Of a DNA stretch of 32,000 nt, positions 10,338 through 19,329 are shown one piece after another. Made by a program: the position numbers and the translations under genes. The notes beneath the pieces are model-generated. The model made no database searches. It was not told where the DNA came from and saw only the letters and a list, made by a program, of their open reading frames with translations. The stretch's first letter is position 1; every line of letters begins with the position of its first letter. Where the stretch lies: NCBI RefSeq assembly GCF_000829235.1, contig NZ_AP012549.1, forward strand, positions 660,001 through 692,000. The letters are read 5' to 3'. This DNA comes from a cyanobacterium endosymbiont of Epithemia turgida isolate EtSB Lake Yunoko. GTDB lineage: Bacteria; Cyanobacteriota; Cyanobacteriia; Cyanobacteriales; Microcystaceae.

Positions 10338-10900
10338 TTTTTGTTATTAGTCTTTCATTGCTAAGGTGGACATAGAAGTAGAGTTAATGACATAAGTAGT
10401 CATGTCAAACTGCCTGAATATTCAGCGCCTTAAGTGTACTACTGTTAAGCGATGGCAGGATAAAAACAAGCATTCTTCCTCTTCGCTTTGAGGACACTGG
10501 CTTTCAAGAGTGAACAAGGTTTAATATCAGTTTAAGGCTAACTTAAGCTAACCCTCCGATTGTTTAACAATCTTAAACCGAGCAATTCTGAGTCGACACG
10601 CTTGAGTAACTAGTTAGACAAGGAATTTAGCTGGATCATATTGACCCGAACTTCCTCAGTCAAGGAGATACTTCTGAGGAGCCTGATAATTGAAAAGATA
10701 GGAAATCCTTAAAAACCTCTATTTTTAGATTAACATAAGAAATTAGGTTGGGTCAGTTTTTTAAAGGGATTTTACCGAATTAGTTGAGGTATTTAGTCAA
10801 AAAAGTAGATAATTTCGTTTCCTTGTCTGGAAAGGGTAGCTTATTATGAATATAAGAGTATGTAAATTTTCGTAACTGATGCACCAGGTTTAGCTAACCC

Positions 10901-11872
10901 ATGATGACAAGCACCTCTCTCTTTGCTACTGTTGACGACGATCTAAGCCTCTTGACTGATAATCTCAAACGGTTGGTCGGAGCCCGCCATCCAATCTTAG
11001 GGGCAGCAGCTGAACATTTGTTCGATGCTGGGGGAAAACGCATTCGTCCGGCTATTGTTCTCTTAGTTTCACGGGCGACTCTGTTGGATAGAGATCTGAC
11101 CCCCCGTCATCGTCGGCTGGCAGAAATTACTGAGATGATTCATACTGCAAGTCTAGTACACGACGATGTGGTCGACGAAGCAGAGTTACGTCGTAATGTC
11201 CCCACCGTTAACAACTTATTTGATAATCGTATTGCTGTCTTAGCTGGGGATTTTTTGTTTGCTCAGTCTTCTTGGTATTTGGCTAATTTAAATAACTTAG
11301 ATGTGGTTAAACTTTTATCTAAAGTTATTCGTGACTTTGCTGAAGGGGAAATTCTCCAGGGAATTAATCGTTTTGACACCAGTCTGACTTTAGAAGCTTA
11401 TTTAGAAAAAAGTTACTATAAAACAGCTTCATTAATAGCCAATAGTGCAAAAGCAGCCGCGGTGTTGAGCGATACTTCACCTGAAGTTAGGGAACATCTT
11501 TATGCTTACGGACGAGACCTAGGATTAGCTTTTCAAATTGTCGATGATATCTTAGATTTTACAACCCCAACAGAGGTTTTAGGAAAACCGGCTGGTTCTG
11601 ATTTAATTAGTGGCAATCTTACTGCTCCTGCTTTATTTGCTATGGAGGAAAACCCATATTTAGAAACTTTAATTGAACGAGAATTCAGTGAAGTAGGAGA
11701 TATCGAAAAAGCCTTGTCCATTGTCAATCAAAGTCAAGGAGTCGAGCGGTCACGGGAGTTGGCTTCCCATCATGGAAACCTAGCCATCCAACATCTTAAT
11801 TGCCTCAAACCTTCTACTTCTTCCCAGATTTTAAAAGACTTGGTAGATTATGTCTTAAGTAGACTTTGCTGA
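10901..11872 (+). CDS. sds: all-trans-nonaprenyl (solanesyl) diphosphate synthase, plastoquinone side chain
   Basis: 323-aa trans-prenyltransferase with both Asp-rich motifs (LVHDDVVDE, FQIVDDILD) and GGKRIRP. Typical cyanobacterial Sds length. TGA stop followed by a terminator. Confidence 0.9.
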   Translation: MMTSTSLFATVDDDLSLLTDNLKRLVGARHPILGAAAEHLFDAGGKRIRPAIVLLVSRATLLDRDLTPRHRRLAEITEMIHTASLVHDDVVDEAELRRNVPTVNNLFDNRIAVLAGDFLFAQSSWYLANLNNLDVVKLLSKVIRDFAEGEILQGINRFDTSLTLEAYLEKSYYKTASLIANSAKAAAVLSDTSPEVREHLYAYGRDLGLAFQIVDDILDFTTPTEVLGKPAGSDLISGNLTAPALFAMEENPYLETLIEREFSEVGDIEKALSIVNQSQGVERSRELASHHGNLAIQHLNCLKPSTSSQILKDLVDYVLSRLC

Positions 11873-11880
11873 GTATTTTT

Positions 11881-11906
11881 ATCCCTTAAAAATAGGGATT
11901 TTTTTG
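11881..11906 (+). terminator. intrinsic terminator of sds
   Basis: ATCCCT (11881-11886), loop taaaaat, AGGGAT (11894-11899), followed by TTTTTTT. It starts 9 nt after the sds TGA. Confidence 0.6.
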
Positions 11907-12370
11907 TCCTTTTGCTCCAGATTAAATATCTTCTAAGGTCAGTCCAACAAAATCTAATTAAAAATGATGATAACTTGAATAAAATTAAAAACCAGGTTTA
12001 TAGTCATTCTTTATTATTATCAGACATTACCTTTGTGCCTTGCTCGATCGTTGTGTGTTACGTTTAAACTCTGGATTTGCAAATAAAGTTTTAGCAGATT
12101 CCACCGAAAAGTCTTAGGTTATAACAAACTTATCAGTTAAGGGTTTAGGATTTGAATTAAAGTCTGTGATAAGATACTCTGCTGTCACGCTAAAGGCATG
12201 AGCTTAGTTTCAATAGTTCTCTTGCCCTTTTAACATTTATCTAGCGCTGTCTACTTAGTTCTGTTGATTTATGAAGGAAGTGATTAAGGAATTAGCTATA
12301 AACCTAAATATTGCCGGCATAACTTGTTCCCAATGTTATTATGTTGACCACTCCCTTTTGGATTTTCTCT

Positions 12371-12392
12371 AAGAAAAACTAGTTAACTAGTT
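12371..12392 (-). terminator. candidate compact terminator overlapping the grpE stop codon
   Basis: A 16-nt perfect palindrome aactagttaactagtt (12377-12392) contains the grpE TAA. On the minus strand it reads AACTAG-TTAA-CTAGTT followed by TTTCTT. The stem is AT-rich and weak. Confidence 0.35.
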
Positions 12393-13156
12393 AGAGAACC
12401 GCCGCCATCTGTTGAAGTAGACTCTTCGGCGGGAGTCACGGGGGATTCTTCTGCCAGAGCGGCTGCCACTTTAACCATAGCATGGCGTAATACTTGTTCT
12501 CCTAGAAAATATCCCCTCACTAACTGTTCGATCACTGTTCCTTCAGGATAGTTGTTAGTACATTCTCTTAACATACTTTCATGGTATAGAGGATTAAAGG
12601 GTTCTCCTTCAGGGCGCATTGGGGCTACTCCTAAGCGTTTAAGACTCTCAACAAGATTTTTATAAACTCCTTGATAGCTCTTATGAATTGCTAGCTCTCC
12701 ATCATTAACAGGTTGGATTTGGCTTCTTGCCCGTTCGAAGTTATCGATCACTGACAGTAATTCACTAATTGTCCGACATTTAACTTGAATTTCCAGTTCT
12801 TTTTTCTCCTTTTCAGTTCGTTTACGGAAATTATCAAATTCTGCTGCTAAAGTAATGTAACGTTTCTGCAAAATCTCGGACTGTTGAGCTTCTTTGCTTA
12901 GGTTTCCGTGTAAAACTTCCACTTCCTGAGTTAGGGTGGCTATAGTCTGCTCAGGAGTAGGTTCCTCTGCGGCAAATTGAGGTTCAGACGCTATCGGCTC
13001 TGCTACAACTGGTTCTAAATCTGGATTATCAGACATTATTGTTGATTCTGGCTGGTCAGTTACTTTGTTTTTGAGCTCTACAGAGGAATCATCAACGTTT
13101 TTTGATATTTTGGAGGTTTTTAAGGTTTTTTCTAGCTGCACTTGCTCGTTGTTCAT
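12383..13156 (-). CDS. grpE: nucleotide exchange factor GrpE
   Basis: 257-aa ORF with an acidic, low-complexity N-terminus followed by the GrpE core ([51 protein letters not shown]). Confidence 0.9.
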   Translation of the reverse strand: MNNEQVQLEKTLKTSKISKNVDDSSVELKNKVTDQPESTIMSDNPDLEPVVAEPIASEPQFAAEEPTPEQTIATLTQEVEVLHGNLSKEAQQSEILQKRYITLAAEFDNFRKRTEKEKKELEIQVKCRTISELLSVIDNFERARSQIQPVNDGELAIHKSYQGVYKNLVESLKRLGVAPMRPEGEPFNPLYHESMLRECTNNYPEGTVIEQLVRGYFLGEQVLRHAMVKVAAALAEESPVTPAEESTSTDGGGSLTS

Positions 13157-13359
13157 AGTAGGTTTTCTAAACTTTTATAGAGAAGATTGGATTGAATAGT
13201 CTCTTATTTTTACTTTAGAGATTATGTTTTTTGAGGTGTATCATTACCAGTATAAAGGACTTATCGCTATATTTTGAGGATTTTGAGGAGAAACATACTC
13301 AAGTATAAACTCAAAATAGAAACTCTTTTGCCCTCATAAGTGTTTATAAATAACAATAA

Positions 13360-13752
13360 CTGACTCATCAAGTAATTAGGACAACGAAAGCTCCTAAGCC
13401 TATTGTACCTTACAATCAAGCGATCACTGCCAAGGGTACATTTTTGTTTGTGTCCGGACAAATTCTCCTGAGTCCTGAAACAGGAAACATTATAGGAACA
13501 GAAAATATTGTTCAACAGACTCAACCAATTATCGCTAATATTGAGGCAATTTTAACTTCAGCTCAAATGAATTGGAATAATGTGTTTAAAACAACGGTTT
13601 TTATGAGTGATTTTACTAATTTTTATTCTATGAATCAAGTCTATGCACAATATTTTGATGAGTCCACGGCTCCAGCTCGTGTTTGTGTAGAAGTTTCTCG
13701 CTTACCAAAAGATGTGTTGATATAAATTGAATATATTGCGGTTATTGACTAA
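13360..13752 (+). pseudogene. ridA: RidA/YjgF-family enamine/imine deaminase with a lost start and a premature stop
   Basis: The full-length frame reads LTHQVIRTTKAPKPIVPYNQAITAKGTFLFVSGQI...ARVCVEVSRLPKDVLI*IEYIAVID*. The position of the expected ATG is CTG (13360), directly after an in-frame TAA (13357). The Glu of the conserved C-terminal V/I-E-I-E motif is TAA (13723-13725). The annotated 93-aa ORF begins at an internal TTG. Confidence 0.65.
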
Positions 13753-14598
13753 AATCACTTGAAATAAATTGTTATTTAATAACTGTTAAAGTTTTTATTA
13801 TTACTTAATTCTAACAATATACTTTTTAAAGTCATAGTAACTGTGATAGAGTAATAGTTGTAGCTTTTTTTCTTATTATTTTGTTACAGTTAGTTTAAAA
13901 TAAATATCATAATAACTATTTTCAATTAATTTAAGATTGTTTCAACAAAGTTTCTAGACAAATATGAGTGCAAGCGCGATAATCTAATTGAGAATTAATT
14001 GAGAGATATCATAGTTTGTTTTTATTTAGTATAAGGGGCAAAGATAAAGCAGAAGTAAAAATCCAATCAAGATCCCAGTCTACATGAATATCTAAAAAAT
14101 TATTGAGATATTCATGTATTTATTTGGTAATTTCAGCAAAAATCTTGAGAGATATATTCATTAAAATTCCTAAATTAACAACAAAAACTTCCCTATCAAC
14201 TGGGATTTTTTTCAAAATTCAACTACCTTCGGATGAGAGATTTATGTCGACATCATTCTGCTCAAAAAAAGTCAGGCTGGTTAATACTATTAAATATCAC
14301 AGAAATGGTTAATAATAATTTATTTATACCTAATAATCGGCTTTATATTTATTTTTTTGCAAAAATTATTAGATATAAAAATATAGAATTTAGTTAAAAA
14401 ATTTTCCACAATATGCTTAAGGATTGATGTTATGGAAAACTTCAAAAAGTACTATGGAAAGTCTGATCAATGGTTGAGGGGAAATTGACTCGTAAAAATA
14501 AAAATTACAATTTTTTTAAGGAGTCTAGAGATTCATTCTGTGTTAATTGCGTGTAAAATAATACTCCAGGATAAAACTTCTGTAATTAATAATTGATT

Positions 14599-14820
14599 AT
14601 GCCAGCTAAAATCAAGAAAGGTTCACTTGTTCGTACTGTGCGTGAAAAACTTAAAAATAGTTTGGAAGCGCAGGCTAGCGATTCGCAGCGCTTTCCTACC
14701 TATATTTTTGAAAGTAAGGGTGAAATTCTTGAGTTAAATGATGAATATGCCCTTGTTAAATTTTATACTCCGATTCCGAATGTTTGGTTGCGCCTCGATC
14801 AGCTGGAAATAGTCGATTAA
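14599..14820 (+). CDS. ndhO: NAD(P)H-quinone oxidoreductase (NDH-1) subunit O
   Basis: 73 aa from ATG 14599: [28 protein letters not shown]...[11 protein letters not shown]...[11 protein letters not shown]. This matches the cyanobacterial NdhO pattern (KKGSLVR, SLEA.ASD, VWLR.DQLE) as I remember it. Confidence 0.8.
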   Translation: MPAKIKKGSLVRTVREKLKNSLEAQASDSQRFPTYIFESKGEILELNDEYALVKFYTPIPNVWLRLDQLEIVD

Positions 14821-16323
14821 GGTTTATTTTTTCAAAATAAGAAAGTAATTTCTCCTTGGCAAATCCTCTTGTATTACCATTGTTAGTCTAAGCAATGTTG
14901 GTAAAACTTAAGCCTCACCTGTTGCTTACAACATCTCGCTAATACTATCTTGATTGATAGTGTTGAGGATGAGCCCCAAGAAATTACCTTTGATTTAGCG
15001 GCTGTTTAAAGTCTTAAGCGATACTATAGATAGTCGAGTTGAAGTGATCAATAACTGTAAAATTGTAGTCATTACGGGAGGCTGTGCTTGTCCTACAAAA
15101 TTGGACAAGGGAGATTTAGAACAAATTAAGTTTAAAACTGTTACTTCAGATGCTATGACGTCGATATTACGGCTTTGATGTTAAAAGGAAAAATGAAGAT
15201 TTAATATTGTTTCTATTACGCTACATTACTATAATGCCAATATCAATTATTCAAACACACCTTTCATGGAGGTGCGCAGATTGTTAAACAATTACAAAGA
15301 AAAAAAGCCTGATTATATTCGTACTTTCTCTTTTTATTTAATCATTCTAAGTAATCCTAACATATAAATCATAACCACTTTCAGCTGCTGCTTATTTGTC
15401 AAAAAAATATTAGAGAGCTCTATTTTTAGATTCTCCGTTCATTAGGATGTAGTAGAGGTCAACAAGTTTTAGAGGTCACTTTAACAGATCAAGAAAAAAA
15501 ATCTTAATATTCTAGCTAATTCTGTTTGTCTGAATAAACTCATAACAGTTTATAGAATTAACTAATGCGCAATGACTATTTATCAAATAATTTAAATTAA
15601 AGATAGCTAGTAATAGATATCACTATATATGTATAGTACCTCATTTTTTTAAAAAATAAACAACTTTAATCTTCTCTATGAGGAGTAGGAGTAACTGTTG
15701 TAATGGTTCCATAAAATATTTTTTTACGACTGTTTTAGAATTAGTTTCGTTAGTAATATGAACAGTAATTTTTCGACGACTTAAACGTTCTGTATAAAGA
15801 AGAGAAAAAAACTTAGCAGGAAGAATATAGAAGATATCTTGAATAACTATAAGAAATAAATTTTAATCATTATTAATAACAGATAATTATTTAAACTATT
15901 AAAGTATATAAAAATGATAAACCGATTTAATAAAAACTATAAAAAGTTTTAGAAAAAATTATAGATAAAGTAAAAATACAACAATAATAATTAAAATAAT
16001 CTATTCTCTCTGTAAAGTATAAGTCTATAACTAAATAAATTTTAAGAAAAAATATTTTATAATAACAATACATTTTATCTTAAAATTTTGAATAAAAGGT
16101 TTTCTTTAAAACATAAATTTAAATGTAAAATAAAGCAATAGCTATTTTACTTTAATTATTTAAATGTATAGATATAAAAAAAATTTTTTTAACATTTATT
16201 TAAATTATTGATCATCTAGACAGTTAATGATTAATAATTGATATTAGGTTAATTAATTTTTTATCCTCTATCTTAAAAGATGAAAAAGAGAATTCTTTCG
16301 ATAACCATTAAAAATAAGTAGGT

Positions 16324-17574
16324 ATGATAAAAAGTATTCATTTATCTGACATTCATCTTGGTAGTGGCTTTACCCATGGTCACCTCAATCCTAAAACAGG
16401 TTTAAATACACGCTTTGAAGATTTTATCAACACATTAAGTTTGTGTATTGATCGAGCCGTGAGAGAAAAGGTTGATCTTGTTTTATTTGGGGGAGATGCT
16501 TTTCCTGATGCTACCCCTCCTCCCTATATTCAAGAAGCCTTTGCTTCCCAATTTCATCGTTTGGCTGATGCCAAGATTCCTACGGTATTATTAGTTGGAA
16601 ATCATGACCAATATTCTCAAGGTGATGGAGGTGCAAGTCTTTGTATTTATCGAACATTAAGGGTTCCAGGGTTTATTGTGGGGGACAGTCTTAAAACCCA
16701 TCAAATATTGACTAAAAATGGAAAAATTCAGGTAATTACTCTACCTTGGTTAACCCATTCTACCCTCTTGACTCGTCGCAAAACTGATGGCTTATCTTTT
16801 GAAGAAATTCAGCATTTATTAATTGAGAGTCTGACTTTAGCTTTAGAAGGGGAAATTCGTCAACTCGATCCCCAACTTCCAACTATTTTATTAGGTCATC
16901 TGATGGCAGATCGTGCTGATCTGGGATCAGAAAGATTTCTTGCTGTTGGCAAGGGATTTACCATTCCTATATCTTTGTTAATTCGTCCCGAATTTGATTA
17001 TGTTGCCCTTGGTCATGTTCATAAACACCAAAATTTAAATCTCACTAATGATCCTCCGATAATTTACTCAGGGAGTATTGAACGGGTAGATTTTAGTGAA
17101 GAAAAAGAGGATAAAGGTTATATCACTTTAGAATTAACTAAAGGAGAAGTTAATTGGCAATTCAATCCTCTTCCTAGCCGTATTTTTTGCTCTATTAATA
17201 TTAATGTTTCTGAGGAATCTGACCCTCAATTTGCTATCCTTAAAGCCATTCAGAAAAAGTCTATACAAAATTCAGTAGTACGTTTGATTTACAAAATTCG
17301 TTCTGAACAATTAGAATTAATTAATACAGGAGAGATTTATAAAGCATTAAAAGATTCCCATAGTTATACCATTAGACCGGAATTAGTCAGTCAATTATCC
17401 CGTTCTCGTTTACCAAAATTGGGGGTGGGAAATAATTTAGACCCCATATCTGCTTTGCAAGCTTATTTAGATAGTAAAGAAGATCTCAAAGATATCGTTA
17501 AAGATATGTTAAAAAGTGCTGAACTTTTACTGAATAATAACGATCCCAATTTAGATATATCAGTTAAACAGTAA
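16324..17574 (+). CDS. sbcD: exonuclease SbcCD, nuclease subunit D (Mre11-family metallophosphoesterase)
   Basis: 416-aa ORF with phosphoesterase motifs in order: LSDIHLG, GGDAFPD, GNHD, GHLM, GHVH. Confidence 0.9.
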   Translation: MIKSIHLSDIHLGSGFTHGHLNPKTGLNTRFEDFINTLSLCIDRAVREKVDLVLFGGDAFPDATPPPYIQEAFASQFHRLADAKIPTVLLVGNHDQYSQGDGGASLCIYRTLRVPGFIVGDSLKTHQILTKNGKIQVITLPWLTHSTLLTRRKTDGLSFEEIQHLLIESLTLALEGEIRQLDPQLPTILLGHLMADRADLGSERFLAVGKGFTIPISLLIRPEFDYVALGHVHKHQNLNLTNDPPIIYSGSIERVDFSEEKEDKGYITLELTKGEVNWQFNPLPSRIFCSININVSEESDPQFAILKAIQKKSIQNSVVRLIYKIRSEQLELINTGEIYKALKDSHSYTIRPELVSQLSRSRLPKLGVGNNLDPISALQAYLDSKEDLKDIVKDMLKSAELLLNNNDPNLDISVKQ

Positions 17575-18743
17575 ATTTTACTATTATAAAATTTATCAAC
17601 TTTCAGTTTCAAGGGATAGAAAATAATGAGTATTTAAGTTAAATTAATTTTGATTAAATTAATGTTGGAATAGTAATAATTTCCAAGACTAATTAGGATT
17701 ATTTCATTTATCGATATAGCTAGTGATAGTAAAGTTACGCTGCAGTTAGTTAAGATGACTAACTGTAGTCTAATTTTGCTATATTTAGTTCTTCCTAAGT
17801 TTAATGACATTTATATATGTAAGCCAATTGCTAGGCTCTTATAACTTTAAGGTGCTGATTAATTATCACGACGACCACTCTGGGCAATACTTAAATCAAT
17901 CAAATTAGAGAATTAGGTACGAAGGCTAATAATTATGTTACACCTTTAATTAATCTGTATTGTCGGCACAGGTTCTGTTTTCTTGTCTATAAAAAAGATT
18001 AAGACAATTATTTTCAACTATAAAAATTTATGATTTAATTTTAATACTTATCAGTTTACCTATAGAGATAAGTCATTATCCTTTAATTCCAAAGAGTTTA
18101 CTATTACCAAATATCATCTCAAGGATCAACCGAAAAAAAGTTAAGGCAATTATGATTAAAATTAGACACATGTCCCAATCAAAACAAGGCAAGATGAAAA
18201 AAGTAATGAATTTTCTAGACTAGCTATTTTAAAATAATAAAAAACAAAAGCTATAAGTCTAGCCTTGAGATATTAAAATACATTCAAAATGATAGTTTTA
18301 GAATTTATTAGCTGCTAACTAATCACATTCAGTCTAAAAAAGTAAAATTTATTATAAATCAAGACTTTAAAATCGAACAGTTCAACACAATTATTAAGAT
18401 TATTTAACAAAATACTTCGATGTATAACCAAATTAAACAATATTGATAATGAAAGGACAAAATTATGAAGAACTAGAATTAGCCTCAATTATTACTAAAA
18501 ACTAAAGACAATTACACCAATGGCTAATTGGTGTAAGCCTGAAACTTTTTAGAGAGAAGATTTGTAGCTACCACTTCTACCTGCCATGAAAATAGACAGA
18601 GAACTCTACCAACACCAGATTAATTAATCAGTTGAGTAATTTTTTCTTGTATAGCTTGTTTTTGTTCGTGCTCATAACCTTATCTATTTCAAAATGATTA
18701 GTATTTATCTTTTTTAGTACAAATAGTATAAAGCAATAACCGC

Positions 18744-18794
18744 AATAATTAATAAATGGCATCAACTTAGCTTTGATGCCATTTATTAATTATT
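18744..18794. repeat. perfect 22-bp inverted repeat (hairpin) with 7-nt loop
   Basis: 18744-18765 aataattaataaatggcatcaa is the exact reverse complement of 18773-18794 ttgatgccatttattaattatt. The loop is cttagct. It lies in the middle of the 3.2-kb gene-free tract. Confidence 0.9.
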
Positions 18795-19296
18795 ATTTCA
18801 TCAACGTACAATTACCATAGCAGTTAACATAACAAGGATTTAAATTATTAATCCACTAACAATTTCAGAAAATATTGTAAAGAGGTAACGACCGTAGAAT
18901 GAAGATATTTAAAAATAACACTATCACGGCTTCAATAAGCTCTTAAAAAGTTTTTAGCACTTTATTTTACTTCGAACAATATCCATAATCGTTTGTTTAA
19001 TTTTGTCATCGCTTAATTGTTCTTTCTCCATCTGCTCTAATAGAGAATAAGCTAACTCAGTCCTTTCTTCATTTGAAATATTTTCAGCAATACATCAATT
19101 ACTTGTCATGTTTTACTGATCATATTTATACTATCTACTCCTCTCATTTAGTTCATTTAGTAATAAGAGCTTTTCAATATATTACAGAAAGAGTAAGGGT
19201 AATTAAATTTTTTATATCATAGTAAAAAAAATTTTTATTTTTACTCTATTTTTGTAACCCCTAAATACAATAACATTAATTTAAAATTAATAAGAT

Positions 19297-19329
19297 ATAA
19301 GATATAAAAAATAATTTTTTATATCTTAT
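19297..19329. repeat. perfect 16-bp inverted repeat with 1-nt centre
   Basis: 19297-19312 ataagatataaaaaat, centre a, 19314-19329 attttttatatcttat (exact reverse complement). It contains only one G:C pair. Confidence 0.8.

Noticed and set aside
10338-10900. The moderately GC-rich 560-nt spacer upstream of sds, considered as a structured ncRNA (6S, RNase P, tmRNA, SRP RNA or a riboswitch).
   Set aside because: I could not match the conserved cores of those RNAs as I remember them. Only short local hairpins are present, for example tcctcag...ctgagga at about 10664-10691. It needs a covariance-model scan, and nothing is supportable by eye.
14081-14118. Shorter perfect inverted repeats. 13 bp at 14081-14093/14106-14118 (tacatgaatatct...agatattcatgta). 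12 bp at 26333-26344/26353-26364 (ttttcatgattc...gaatcatgaaaa). 10 bp at 18512-18521/18527-18536 (ttacaccaat...attggtgtaa). An AT-only 10 bp at about 19590-19610.
   Set aside because: My rough expectation for perfect 12-13-bp inverted repeats with short loops in about 14 kb of about 80% A+T DNA is 0.2-0.5 each, and higher for 10 bp. They are individually unremarkable. They matter only if a genome-wide census shows enrichment alongside the 22-bp hairpins.
14905-15178. Two adjacent coding-looking segments in different frames: ...LANTILIDSVEDEPQEITFDLAAV* (ending at 15009), and ...SDTIDSRVEVINNCKIVVITGGCACPTKLDKGDLEQIKFKTVTSDAMTSILRL* (ending at 15178).
   Set aside because: The amino-acid composition is protein-like and the region is less AT-rich, so it may well be a frameshifted gene remnant. 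However, I cannot assign a family, and the lengths (35 and 59 codons) are within chance. It is worth a blastx but is not a supportable call.
15644-15862. A 73-codon stop-free frame on the minus strand without a usable start (...YTERLSRRKITVHITNETNSKTVVKKYFMEPLQQLLLLLIEKIKVVYFLKK*).
   Set aside because: With a stop-codon frequency of about 0.09 per codon in this composition, I expect two or three such runs by chance in the non-coding part of the window. No motif was recognised.
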